Below, in pieces: positions 21,314 to 33,472 of a stretch of 38,689 nucleotides of DNA. The stretch is taken from NCBI GenBank assembly GCA_000934665.2, contig JYFJ02003697.1, positions 1-38,689 of the forward strand. Reading direction: 5' to 3'. A model generated the notes under the pieces. That model was not told the origin of the DNA. It did no database searches and saw only the letters and a list, made by a program, of their open reading frames with translations. The number at the start of each line of letters is the position of its first letter. Position 1 is the stretch's first letter. Both the position numbers and the translations under genes were made by a program. Source of the DNA: Catajapyx aquilonaris (taxonomy: Eukaryota).

Positions 21314-22260
21314 TATTATTATTATTATTATTATTGTTATTATTATTATTAATTATTATTCTTGAAATTATTTGAAGATGTACAGTACTATGCCATTTCA
21401 TTTTCACAGGTAGAGAAGCAGCCTCCACATCTGGATTTCCTCAAGAATCTTCCGGACTCTCCACACTTGATGGAGGAAACTCTGAGCAGGAAGAAGAACT
21501 CGGAAGCAGAGAAAATACTTTAGTACGTTTGCGAAATATTATTTTTGTTTCAAATGGATAATGGCAAGTATGGTGGGGAATCTGTTGGATGGCAATCGAT
21601 ATTGCGGTGGCCAGCTCCAGCATTTAATCATGTTCATTTCCTTAATGTAATTGTTAACAAATAACGTGTGATGTCATGTGAGCATGTTCCTGGAGGCCTG
21701 CAAGCCATAGATTGAAGATTTCTCATATCTAGGCCCTCCCCATCACATTCTCAGGATGCACCTATGAGCTGCAATATTTATTATTCTACGTCGTAGGTAG
21801 CTGCTTCTGAAGACGCAAACAACTCTAAACCACGTGAGGGTGACAGCCTTCCACCCCCGTCAGCTGACCCATCAATTGCACAAGCTAGCAGTCCTAGGAG
21901 GAGGATGAGGAGGAAACAAGTTCTTGTAAGTAACATTCTGGCAGGAAACGGGAGCATGTTCTTATCCACTTGTAATGAGCACATTTTCTGGCAACATATG
22001 CAGTAACATTCATCTCGTGCAGAGTTGGGTCGTATCTGGCTTCGTTTCGGGTGGTATTTCCAACAGACTAAGCCACCCGGGGGAGTTCACTAAAAATGGC
22101 CACATAAAGACATTGCATTGCACCTTGCACATCCCCTCCTGTCATCCTGCCCGTGGGCCCGGGCGTTACATATAAAGCCTCCAATGTGCACGACATAATA
22201 AATAAAGGTCCGTGCTATATACCTCTGATGAGGTCAGCACCAACCCGGATATTATTATTA

Positions 22261-22320
<60 letters not shown>

Positions 22321-25300
22321 CAGTACTGTCTCAGTAATTTGCAATAATGTCACAAAATTATTGACATGTAGCAATGCCAAATGTGTCCATTGAGTCCTGC
22401 ATATTCATAATGACCCAGGAAGCCAGGAATCTCTGTCTTCACTAGGGTTGCCAGGTGTCTGGTTTTGATTGAGACAGTCCGATATTTGAGCTATTTTTCC
22501 GGGAGAATATTTGATGAAATACACTTTTTCATTGAATGTACAAAGTCTTCTCCTTTCCATATGCTAATAATGCACACTACTGCATATAGTCCGGGCCCTA
22601 AGCGCAAAAATCAGGCCTAACCTTGCACTTTGTGAGAAAAAGGTGCCACTTGGCACATGTGTTCCTTAGGCGTATAGGAGCAATGTCAGAGTTGCAGGCA
22701 ACTGATCGGCCCCTTAGGTCACGAGTTATGCGGTGTTGCCAACCTGATCAGGGAACTAAGCGTTTTAACTCTGCACTTTGTGATAGGAAGGTGCCACTTG
22801 GCAGACATGTTCCCTAGGTCTGTAGGAGTCGTTTGAGAGATGGCGGCACTTGATCGGCTCCTTAGGTCACGAGTTATGCCGGGCGCGGCTCGTCGGATGG
22901 AGTGTTGACGACAGCGCGTTGCACGAGCGCTATAATAATGTGTTACAATTATGGAACAGATGATCGCACAAACATGCCAGAGATATCGTTGGAAAGGGGA
23001 ACGTACAGGGAATAATTTTACGCTCTACACAATTTGTCGAGTCAGCTGCGCAGGACGTATTATTTCGATGTGTATGAAGTGCGACGCGAAACATTCAAAT
23101 TGGGCGGTCATTTTCATGGCTCCCTTGACCTGAAGGTGGCATGTTGACCTCATAATATCGTTGTACATACAATCCTTCACATTCTAAGAGAAAACCAAAC
23201 AAAATCGGAGGAGTAGTTTTGCTTTTATAGCCAATTCCACGGCGAGTGTCACTTATGCATTTATGTAGCGCCGAAAATAACATGACGCCGACATAGGATC
23301 TCTGAGGACTTTTAGTATGTTGTTCAGCACACTTAACAGAACATTTCCTGCAATTTTCAGATTTACATTATTTTTTACCGGGTTCGGGCACTTATCTGAC
23401 TAAAATACCTGGGCTAAATAGGTTTATACCCGTCAAAAAGGATGAAAATACCATTGAATGGAATCCACATATACACTAGTTTCCAGAAAATTACGCAAGT
23501 GACACATTTTCGCTATATTCCGGGTGCTTTATTGTAGATAGGTGTCACCTCATTACTTCGTAATATTAAGGTAGAGTGGATCTGTATCATTCTATGCCAT
23601 TTTAATGAGGTTTATCCGAGATTTACGAGGTTTCCATGTTTTGAGCCTGACTAGGTTGGCAACACCGCATAACTCCTGACCTAAGGAGCCGATCAAGTTG
23701 CTGCCATCTCTCAAACGACTCCTACAGACCTAGGGAACATGTCTGCCAAGTGGCACCTTCCTATCACAAAGTGCAGAGTTAAAACGCTTAGTTCCCTGAT
23801 CAGGTTGGCAACACCGCATAACTCGTGACCTAAGGGGCCGATCAGTTGCCTGCAACTCTGGAATTGCTCCTATAGACCTAAGGAACACATATGCCAAGTG
23901 GCACCTTTTTCTCACAAAGTGCAAGGTTAAGGCGCTTAGGACCTGGACTAATACTTATTAATGAAATTATCCACAAAAATGACAAAATTAGCTCACAAGA
24001 AAATTATGCAGGACCAAAATAAAGCCAGTAATTATCATCTGCCGTCTCCTTCTTGCTAAATATGCCTGGAATGTTATTTACATACATTTATCAATTTGTT
24101 AAGAAGTTATGCAGTGAAGAATTGAGGAAAAACGGCTAATCCCAACTGGAGTTCATTTGGAAATGAAGGGCATTTTGTGTTGCAAGAGAATAGGATTTTC
24201 CATTGCCGACCAATTTTACGAGGAGAATATGTGACCATTGGCATCTCCCAATTCATTTGGGACCTCAGCACACGAAAGGTAGATGGCAGGAGAGTACAAA
24301 AGCACTACAATCTCAAAAGTGGATGTTGGTTGGGATAATTATGCCGTTCTTCCTCTGAGCACCTCAATTAATGAGTGTAATTAGGCATTATTGACCACAA
24401 CTGATTTCACATATTTCAGGCTTCTGGGCACATGGACACTGATGACATTGATCAGTCCTTGGCTGATTTGAGTGATTCGGCGGATGAGTATGTTCCTCCA
24501 AGTCGCTCGAAAGAGGATGGTCATGCTGCCTTGAAGAGGAAGAAGAAGCGAAAAGGAAAGGTAGGTATTTCTAAATGACTGAACTTTTCTGACCCTGCTA
24601 ATATTTGCCATTGCACTAAAGCAGCTATTAAAAAGAAACTGGTCAGGGGGGAAAAAATTTATGAGCATTTTTGAAATGCAATGGGAACACATATTTTGTT
24701 GGTTGGTGTAATGAAAAATTTGCCTTGCTGATTGCAGATTATTCAGAGGGAATTTGAGGATGATAATAAGTTTGACAGAATTATCACTCGGCAAGCCTTT
24801 TCGTCCTGAATAATTTTGTCCGACACACAATGATATTTACTAGAGCATGCTAAGAGACTTCCATACGGACTGGTTGCACAAGTTAATTTTGCAGTGTTTG
24901 CGAGTGCTGCAGTCAGCATATAAATTATGCAAATTGAGAATTGGGCAAAAGAACTGCATTACTACATGGACCATGAAGAGGTTTTGCAACGTAATGCTTT
25001 TGTGGCAGTGAACATTGAAATTCAAGGTGGTAAGCTGGTTTTATAAAACAAGGAGAAATACGCCAGTAATCAATTTATTTATTACAGCCATATGGCGTGA
25101 TGTCACATCCTACTTTCTTTTCGAATTGACCCCTGCGGACTGGCAAATGCAAGGCAAATGCAGTGGTTTGAAACTGGTTGAATGGGTTTTTAGCTTTGTT
25201 GCACTGTGTTGCACTGAAAAAGGCGCTCTGATGCTACACCGGCAGGGTACTGAAGACACTAACTGTATAGTAGTACACTACTTTGTACTGTACCCTACCA

Positions 25301-26771
25301 GTGTAGCATGAAAGCGCCTTTTCCAGTGCAACCTGCAAAGCTAAAAACCCGTCAACCAGGTTCAACCCAATGCATTTGCCTTGCATTTGCCAGTCCGCAC
25401 CACTCAGTATGAACACAAAGTAGGATGTGATGTCACGCCGTACGGCCGTAATAAATAAATTGATTAACTGCCGTATGTCTCCTTGTTTTATGAAACCAGC
25501 TCGGGTTGTCGCCACCTACGAGTTTTCCCCGCCCCCTAGCTTGACCCGTGACTGAAACGCCCTGTATAGATACTGCTCGCACCACCTGGGAGTAATGGGG
25601 CACCTGGATCAGGGTGTGACAAGCTGCACAAACCAGGCTAATTTACATCATATTAATGATAACTATTAATAAAAAATTACCCAGCATTGATTGATTGATT
25701 GATTTTTTTTTTTTTTTTTGTGCAAGAGCCACACAGGCTATACTATGATAAACATAATTATGTTACATTGTCAGGCATGGCAGGCATTTGGAATGAATAC
25801 TAAGTAGTATCTAATCATCTGACCACCAGCACGCAGAGTGCTAAACGCTAATCCCACACCACCACCGAACTATTTTGATCATGGCACAGCTTAAATCATA
25901 ATAGGATTTAAGCTGTGCCATGATCAAAATATGTTATGTGATAAATAAAGCTGTGAATGTCGCGTTGGGTTTCGTGTAATTGTTTTTATTTGATTAGATT
26001 TAAAAAAGTCAGTTGTTTTTGAATGTGTATTTTATTTGTAAGTAATGGTGAATTTTTTAAAAGGAAAACAACGAAATGCAAGCAGTGGAAAAAAATACTT
26101 CAATGGGAACTGCTGGAGACTCTCATAAGGATGGTGCAACTTCAGATCTGGGCATGACAAGGAACCTGACGCCAAGGAAGATGACAGCAAACAAGAAGAA
26201 GCCAGGATCAGTCCAGACTCGAGAGAAGCAGAGGTTGACCGGTCATGCGAAACTTGCATCTGATGATAGACCTTACCCATGCAGTGATTGTGATAAGAGG
26301 TATACTACAAAGTGGGGGTTACAAATGCATTGCAAGGATGTCCATCTTGGTGTTAAGCCTTACTCATGTGACATCTGTGATAGGAAATTTGCTAGGAAGT
26401 CTGGCATGGTTGATCACAGGAGGAGTCACACAGGAGAAAGGCCATTCCAGTGTGAATGGTGCGAAAAATGTTTTTCTTCAAGTTCTAACTACAACGATCA
26501 TGTTCGGGTTCACAAAGGATTGAAACCATTCCATTGCACCATTTGTGGCAAAAGATTTGGTCAGTCAGGAAACTTACACCGGCACATGTTAATGCACTCA
26601 GGTGAGAAGCCTTTTCAATGTAGCACTTGTGGGAAAAAATTTGGTCGGTCAGGAAACTTACATCAGCACATGTTAATTCACTCAGGTGAGAAGCCTTTTG
26701 AATGCAATTTGTGTGGCAAACAGTTCAACCAAAAAGAACACATGCGGAGACATGCGGAACGAAAGCATTAG
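18752..26771 (+). CDS. C2H2 zinc-finger protein, copy 4 (6 fingers, ~507 aa)
   Basis: Exons 18752-18902, 18976-19151, 19716-19821, 21410-21522, 21797-21925, 24420-24560, 26064-26771. All boundaries are GT-AG; the total is 1524 nt with an open frame. Confidence 0.9.
19345..19665 (+). mobile_element. TTAA-targeting non-autonomous DNA element (Kolobok-like GG...CC termini), copy 4 intron 2
   Basis: Begins TTAA-GGTGACACAATA. The ortholog in copy 5 ends TACTGCGTCGCC-TTAA. Absent from copies 1-3. Confidence 0.6.
19832..20462. mobile_element. Tc1/mariner-pogo (Tigger-like) non-autonomous element, copy 4 intron 3
   Basis: TIRs (C/G)AGTAAAACTTCT.TAAGT and a TA target duplication. The empty site GATATATTACTGA is in copy 3 (~14643). 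Confidence 0.88.
20902..21359 (+). mobile_element. tRNA-derived SINE with compound (AAT)n/(ATT)n tail
   Basis: A box-like TGGCGCCGCGG, B box GGTTCGATCCC, microsatellite tail at ~21243-21359. Same family as 22009, 28798 and 36868. Absent in copy 5 intron 3. Confidence 0.88.
22009..22320 (+). mobile_element. 5'-truncated SINE (same family as 20902) with (ATT)n tail at 22249-22320
   Basis: Aligns from TTCATCTCGTGCAGAG onward to the SINE at 20902. Confidence 0.85.
22587..23950. mobile_element. 1.36-kb non-autonomous DNA transposon with ~290-bp TIRs (Academ-like TAG...CTA ends)
   Basis: TIRs 22587-22879 and 23667-23950 are nearly identical, with a 3-bp ATA TSD (22584-22586, 23951-23953). The empty site TGCATACTGATTAATG is in copy 1. 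The superfamily call is inferred from termini and TSD length. Confidence 0.88.
24124..24365. mobile_element. Small TIR element with AATT TSD (Sola-like GAG...CTC ends)
   Basis: GAGGAAAAACGGC / GCCGTTCTTCCTC inverted match and AATT on both sides. The empty site GAAGAATTAATGAG is in copy 1. Confidence 0.68.
25034..25564. mobile_element. Fold-back Tc1/mariner-type MITE (left end truncated), copy 4 intron 6
   Basis: The whole element is an imperfect palindrome. The right end reads TGAAACGCCCTG-TA. Orthologous to 34205-34785. Confidence 0.85.
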
Positions 26772-27119
26772 GCGTGGCATTCAACTGCATATGATAAGAA
26801 AGGATATGTAAATTTTTCTCTACCAAGGTCACCTCACACTTTAGTGGAAATGCTTGTGTGCTTCTTAACATACCTTGTGATTAGCTTAAAGGCAGATTCA
26901 CTAATGACTGAATTTTGGAGCTGCAGGACTAATTTAGTGCCCGGAATATTCAAAGCTGTTCGTGTAGTTGTGACTATCTTTTGGTTTGCTCAAATGAAAG
27001 TAAGCCACCACATCCCATTGATCCCATACTGTTCAAGAGTGAAATGTGTCCAGACATTGGTCATTATGTCCTGTCTTTACATGCAGAAACAAGTGTTTTA
27101 CCTGTGCATGAAAGTGTTA

Positions 27120-27280
27120 AGGTGCATTTACATGTGAGCGATATGAAGAGTGAAGCAGATCGAAATCTTCGGTGAGGCTGAGTAACCCAAGTAATCAATA
27201 TTGTGTGAGGCGAACATCAATTGTTAATTTCAGCCTTGGCGAAGATTTCGCTCATCAAATCGTTCACATGTAATGCACCT
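27120..27280. mobile_element. Harbinger-like MITE with TTA TSD; ortholog at 36378-36543
   Basis: TIRs AGGTGCATTTACATGTGAGCGAT / ATCGTTCACATGTAATGCACCT. The empty site AAGTGTTATCGATG is in copy 2. Confidence 0.82.
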
Positions 27281-27307
27281 TTATCGATGCAAAACTATGC
27301 GAAGGTA

Positions 27308-28032
27308 CAGTAAAACTTCTGTAAGTCGAACTTCCCTAAGTCGAAGTTCCCTATAAGTCGAAGAAAATGATGAGCTTGGTTGGTCACAATGTAAAATAAT
27401 AGGAAATAAACTTCCCTGACTCGAATTTCTATAAGTCGAAGTTCTCCATAACTCGAAGTGCTGGCAGGGCTTTACGATGGGATATCAATGCACTTTCAGT
27501 CTCCCTAAGTCGAAGTTCACGTTGAAAGTCCGGAAAATTGTCTAATTTCCCAGACGAAGGGTCGAGAGGAGGCCACATGTACAGAAAGGCTCAATTTCCT
27601 GATCTCCGTCTACCATATGTAAGCAAAGAAGTGTTTGAATCGATTGGGAAAGTTGAATCCTTGAATTTAAGAGTAGCCAAATGTCCATAACTGAGATTAT
27701 TTTTTTTACAACAAAACAATGAGAAACATTGTAAGACTGACAATATTATTTAAGTTTTGAACACCTTTCGTCTCTGGATATAAAGGTAGGCTCCCTTACA
27801 GCGTTGTGCTTAAAAAAAAGCCAAACTTCTCTAACTCGAATCTTCTATAACTTGAAGTTTTTTTCCGGTCCCATGGAGATTCGACTTAGGGCCGGTTTCA
27901 CCGAGCTCAGTATATGATAAAACCAGGGTTCTTTATCAAAATCCCTATCTATTTGTATGGGTTTTTCCTAAAGAAACCTGGTTTTATCATATACCAAGCT
28001 CGGTGAAACCGGCCCTTATAGAAGTTTTACTG
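27308..28032. mobile_element. Tigger-like element (same family as 19832, opposite orientation) carrying a nested MITE
   Basis: TIR CAGTAAAACTTCTGTAAGTCGAA with TA flanks. Absent in the 3' region of copy 5. Confidence 0.88.
27889..28015. mobile_element. Harbinger-like MITE nested in the TIR of the Tigger-like element
   Basis: TIRs GGGCCGGTTTCACCGAGCT and TTA TSD (27886-27888, 28016-28018). Related to 5938-6073. Confidence 0.9.
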
Positions 28033-28382
28033 TATTTACAATGAAAGCTAGGAACAAATCTGCTGGTATATTTTTAGATCCTCTTCTGCTAGGGCCAGTT
28101 TCACAGAGCAGGTTATAATTAATTTTAGAACCTCGGTTATAACAAGAGTTGCCATAGTTGATGGCGACGAAAGGTAATGATTTTCCGAGAAGAAACTCGG
28201 ATTTATAATATAACCTTCTCAATGAAACTGGCCCTAGCCTTTTTCGGCTACTGACGGGTACGTCAATAAGTGGGCAATAATTCCTCCTCTTTGTGTTTGG
28301 AATTGTGAAGGATAGGAGTAGATTGTGGAGGCAATTTATTGGGATTCTGAATGATTACAATCATGATTGGAGACAAGTTGTT

Positions 28383-28755
28383 TACGGAAGCCCCGTTGGC
28401 TACTTGCCACTTCCTCCTCCTACCGACTTATCTCAGAAGTATCGTTGCCAGACCCTAACGTCGAACTTATGGTACCACGCTCCAAAATTCTAGTACATGG
28501 TACGGGGCCGAGACCCGAAATTATGGTATTTATACCATAATTTCGGGTAGCGTCCCAAGTACCATAATGAGACCCCATAATTTTTCTCAAGTCGCAGGGA
28601 CTTTTCCCCCCATTATTCAACGTAAACTATGGCAGTGAGTCAAAGAAGATGGTATTGCCCTTGTGGACTGGATTGCCAATGCTGTGCCAAGGGTAGTTGA
28701 TATTATTTAGATCTATGGTAGGAGGAAGTGGGAAGTAGCCGATGGGGCTTCCATG
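28383..28755. mobile_element. Unclassified TIR element
   Basis: ~40-bp TIRs GGAAGCCCC.T.GGCTACTT.CCACTTCCTCCT flanked by GTTGTT on both sides. Absent from the paralogous spacers. Confidence 0.75.
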
Positions 28756-28797
28756 GTTGTTACCTCCTTGGCCTCTGTAGTACATTTAGATTGGGAA

Positions 28798-29105
28798 GGG
28801 AGGCGAAGTGGCGCTGTGGTAACGTATGCGCCCACGGATGTTAAGGTCTCGGGTTTGATCCCAGCCCGGGGACTCCCCCTCCTTCTCGTGCAGAGTTTTA
28901 GCCCATCTCAGACTGCGTCTCGGGTGGATTTTCCAGGAGACTAAACCACCCAGGGGAGTTCACAAAATGACCTAAGCAACTACTGCCTGCACCTAGCACG
29001 TCCCCTCCTGTCACCTTCCCTATCACTCGCGGTACCGGAGCGTTACGACAAAAAGGACCAACTTGTATATACTAGTTGTACTAATAATTATGATATTACT
29101 ATTAC
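28798..29105 (+). mobile_element. SINE (same family as 20902)
   Basis: Head GGGAGGCGAAGTGGCGCTGTGG...GGTTTGATCCC; the body aligns to the SINE at 20902. Confidence 0.85.
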
Positions 29106-29641
29106 AATAGAGAGTGGGTGGAATTTGCGTCCCACTGCTATAGTTACTGCTTACTTGGCACTATCAGTGTTGGCATTGGTACTGCTAATAAGCAAGCAGT
29201 AACTAACAGTGGGATGAAAATTCCACCCATTGCCTCTCAATTAGCGGGAGACTGAAAATTCAAGGTGCTCTACCTAGACAGGGTAGAATTAGCCTGGCGC
29301 AGATTATTTTGTAATTTTTGTAAAATTATGTTAAGTGACATGAAATAAAATCATTGTAAATTATGTGTGTCTCTGCTCTCCACGTCTTCCAGGCTACTGA
29401 ACATAATTGTTTAGGAAACAAGGGAAAAGTGGGATCTCTGCCATCTTCAAGGTGTGGATGGCCTCTATATCACTCGTTGAAATGGGTTTTGGAATAATCA
29501 TCCAGACTAATATTTTTTTTAAAGGCTGACAACTAGTGAAGCATGTCTCCATTGCTCAACTTCATATTGTGAAGAAGTCAAAGAAGAAACAACAATAAGA
29601 CAGACTTGAGTTGTTTTTTGGAAAGTAAATCAAGCTTTCCA

Positions 29642-29743
29642 CTAAGCGCTGTCTGCGATATTAGTTCTTTACAGTCGCTTACCGGCTGACCCCACAGCTA
29701 CGCTATTTTCTCCCAATCCAATATGGCGCCTTCGTCTCGATGA
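29642..29743 (+). promoter_or_regulatory. Conserved promoter block, copy 5 (motif variant CAATATGGCG 29719-29728)
   Basis: Homologous to 6123-6225, with one substitution in the YY1-type motif. Confidence 0.55.
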
Positions 29744-30506
29744 AATTGAGCGTCTTTTTCAGAGAATTTTCTGTTTTTGGGACGTGTAGTGTCCGGGTTG
29801 AGGGTATAGCCGGGTCGGATCGAAGCAGAGGGTCTGCCCTTCGTGCCCAGAGGACTAGAGGAACAATCCTTGCCCCCCCAAGCGGACCACCAGTCGAGGA
29901 AGGACATGCCCCCCACCGCCGAGGAGAGGAACCCTCCTCCCCTCCTGGAGGCCCGCCTGGAAGGGATCGTGTCCCGACTGGTCTCCCTGGAGGAGGACAT
30001 GGCTGCCCTGAGGGAGTGGGCCAGGGGCTGCGGAGGGTGTGGGGCTGGACGGGGTGGGTTGCTAGGGGGGACCACCCTTAGAATGATGTAAACACTCTCT
30101 GGGATGTGCTTCTTTCTCCTCTTCAGCTGCAGGCCAAGGCCATCCAGGCCACCCTCCTCCTGAAGGCCTCTCTCCTTCAGGCGGGGCTGGTGGAGACTCG
30201 GTCGCTGCTGTGGGGAGCATCAAGACAGAGTGGGGCCAGTGCAAGGAGGAGGAGGAGGTCACGGTGGAGGAGGAAGGCCCGCAAGGAATTATTGGCGGTT
30301 GGGTGAGGATGCCTGGTGAAATTGTTTAGAGCCACGTTTATATGGGAACGATTTGTTCAGCAATGTTGCTGCTACAACAGAAATGAGCAAAAGTAACAAT
30401 AGAGCTAACAATATATTTTGACCCCAAACAATTGGTCTCATTCCTCAGCGTTGTCATCGCTGCAACATCGCTGATCAAATCACTCACGCATGTATACACC
30501 GCTTAA

Positions 30507-30976
30507 CCCTTAACTACGTAGGTGGAGCCTGAGAAGCTCCAAGCACTATTTAAATGCATATAACTTTTTCATGGAATTTTATTTTCCCCTGTTCTTCCGT
30601 GACTTTGTCAGAAAAACCTTCCTAAGCATGAAAAGGAAAGAAAAAATTTTTAGTCCCTATTCTTTGGTTTAAAAAAATTCGTAACGAGGAACAGGTCCCT
30701 CCTGGAACCGCTCAGGCTCTATATCTCAGGTGAAACCTGAGCGGCTCAAACACGTGATGTAACCTTTTAATTAAAAAAATTTCCCAGTCAGAATATGCTG
30801 ACTCAGCGTGTGATTTTTACGTTTTCGGAAGCCTAATGATCTGAACTGCACTTTCTGTATGTGAAAAGTCCAATATAACAATTTAGTTGATAAGCAGAAA
30901 TTTAAATATACCGTTGGAGCCTCTCAGGCTCCACCTACGTAGTTAAAGGTGTTTCACCCACCTACGTAGTTAAGGG
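30507..30976. mobile_element. piggyBac-like non-autonomous element
   Basis: TTAA-CCCTTAACTACGTAGGTGG ... CCACCTACGTAGTTAAGGG-CTAA, with the right end duplicated (30931-30949 and 30958-30976). Absent from copy 4. Confidence 0.8.
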
Positions 30977-30980
30977 CTAA

Positions 30981-31340
30981 TGTGGCGCAATAAAGTGGGC
31001 TCTACGCACAGTCGATCCAACTCTGACTCTCTCCCACTCGAAGGCATCGGACACCCTTTCCAGACATACGTCTGCGGTTCAATGTCTGACGTCCTATGTT
31101 TGATGTTCGAAAAGTCAATTTGTATATCATGGCAGCAGAAATCGCATGAAAATCTGACACATTTTTGTGGACGTACGTCCACAATTGTAATGCAATCATG
31201 TGGAGTATGGGATCATTGTAAAGGCCAAACCTTTGCGCAGGTGCCCTATTTCGTGGTTTTGCAGATTAAGGCTGCGTTTCGCCACAAAAAAATAAAGTCC
31301 CTCAAAAATGCGCCTACCGTATTCTTGCTACTGCGTCGCC
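30981..31340 (+). mobile_element. Kolobok-like TTAA element, ortholog of 19345-19665
   Basis: Colinear with the copy 4 element; ends GTCGCC-TTAA. Confidence 0.65.
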
Positions 31341-31517
31341 TTAAGGCTGATATTAATTATTGTTATTTGGAGAGTAAGATGTTTCCCCCTTGTCATGGCA
31401 GAGTCAAGACTTGGAAGCCAACGAAGCCATAATATCCAGAAACATCAGTGAAATTGCTGCTCTCTTGAGTGGTGCTGACATAGAAGATGCCAATTTGGCA
31501 AATGCAGGTATGATATA

Positions 31518-32239
31518 GAGTTAAACTTCTATAAGTTGAATCTCCATGGGACTGGAACAAAACTTCCAGTTATAGAAGATTTGAGTTAGAGATGTTTGGA
31601 ATTTTTAAAGCACATAACTCTATAAGGAAGCCTACGTTTATGTCCAGTGACAAAAGGTGTTCAAAACTTTAAACTAACTGACTGTCACTATCACATTTAC
31701 AATGTTCCTCTTTGTTTTGTTGTAAAAGAAATCTCTGTGATGGACATTTGCCTACTCTTACATTCAAGGATTCAATTGTCTCAACAGAGTCAAACACTTC
31801 TTTCGGTACGTCTGTTAGACAGAGATCAGAAAATTGAGCCTTTCTGTACATGTGGCCTACTCTCTACCCTTCGGCTGGGAAATGAGACAATTTTTCGTAC
31901 TCGCCAACATGAAATTTGGACTTAGTGAGACTGAAAATGCATTGATATCCCATAGGAAGGCCCCGCCTGCACTTCGAGTTATAGAAATTCGAGTTAGGGA
32001 AGTTTATTTCCTATTCTTTTACTTTGTGACCAACCAAGCTCATCATTTTCTTCGACTTATAGGGTATGTTTTTGGTCCCTCTCCAGGAAGCTGGGGAAGG
32101 GTCGCTGAGGAGAGGTGGAAGCCGGCCGCCTGCTTCGACCTCTCCTCAGTGCCCCTTCCCCAGCTTCCTGGAGAGGGACCAAAAACACACCCATAGAGAA
32201 CTTCAACTTAGGGAAGTTCGACCTATAGAAGTTTTACTG
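31518..32239. mobile_element. Tigger-like element, ortholog of 19832-20462, with nested hairpin MITE
   Basis: Same insertion site as in copy 4 (10 nt into intron 3), same TIRs and TA flanks. Confidence 0.88.
32062..32192. mobile_element. Near-perfect hairpin MITE (Tourist/Harbinger-like GGGT.TGTTT ends)
   Basis: ~64-bp arms with few mismatches and a 3-bp ATA TSD. The empty site GACTTATAGAGAAC is in copy 4. Confidence 0.9.
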
Positions 32240-33472
32240 TATTACTGAAGGCTTTGGTTGTAGACTGTGCAGAATTTAAATCTCAGAAGTAGAAATGGGG
32301 CAATGGGCAGCAGAAATCTCCATCAGAATATTGGTCTAATGTTGCATCATGGTTGAACTTTACAACCAACAGGTATTGCGTGTGTCACATTGGAGCTGTC
32401 CATCCATCTAGCACGTGTAAGGTCTACCCATATCAAAAGTAATACTATCCATCTCCATTCAGTCTGATCTGATGCTCCTTTATTCCTTCAAGACGGAAGC
32501 AGAGGAGTCTAGTGTGACGCCATGAAAACCCAGGGCCACTTGTATGTGTTGAAGATGGAGAATAATTGTAGCCAACTTAATTTTTTTCTTGTATTAGGAC
32601 GAGTGTGAATAAACCTTCAAACTTTCTGCATTCTTTACGTGAAAGTCTCTGGAACTGAATTGCTTTGTGGCCTCTACTTTTATTTATGCTTGAAATGGGG
32701 CGTAATGAAAATTATTATTATTATTATTTATTATCATTATTCTTGAAATTATTTGAAGATGTACAGTACTATGCCATTGCATTTTCACAGGTTGAGAAGC
32801 AGCCTCCACATCTGGATTTCCTCAAGAATCTTCCAGACTCTCCACACTTGATGGAGGAAACTCTGAGCAGGAAGAAGAACTCGGAAGCAGAGATAATACT
32901 TTAGTACGTTTGCGAAATATTATTTTTGTTTCAAATGGATAATGGCAAGTATGGTGAGAAATCTGTTGGATGGCAATCGATATTGCGGTGGTCAGCTGCA
33001 GCATTTAATCATGTTCATTTCATTAAATGTTAGTGTTAACAAATAACATGTGATGTCATGCGAACATGTTCCTGGAGGCCTGCACGCCATAGATTGAAGA
33101 TTTCTCAGATCTACGCCCTCCCCGTCACATTCTTATGATTCACCTCTGAGCTGCAATATTATTCTATGTCGTAGGTCTCTGCTTCTGAAGACTCAGACAA
33201 CCCTAAACCATGTGAGGGTGACAGACTTCCACCCCCATCAGCTGACCCATCTATTGCACAAGCAAGCGGTCCAAGCAGGAGGATGAGGACGAGGAAGAAA
33301 CAAGTGCTGGTAAGTAACATTCTGGCAGAGGGGAGCGTCCACTTGTAATGAGCACATTTTCTGGCAACACTGGGAATATTGCTTGCTTCTTGAAATATTG
33401 AAATATGTAGTCTGTTATACAGTACTGTCATGGGGAGGCGGAGTCGTAAGCACCCACTATATCTCAAGCGTC

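Noticed and set aside
22153..22347. Poly-isoleucine ORF
   Set aside because: It is the translation of an (ATT)n SINE tail.
22623..23924. Twin 64-aa ORFs on opposite strands
   Set aside because: They are the two TIRs of one element. They start at TTG and have no protein features.
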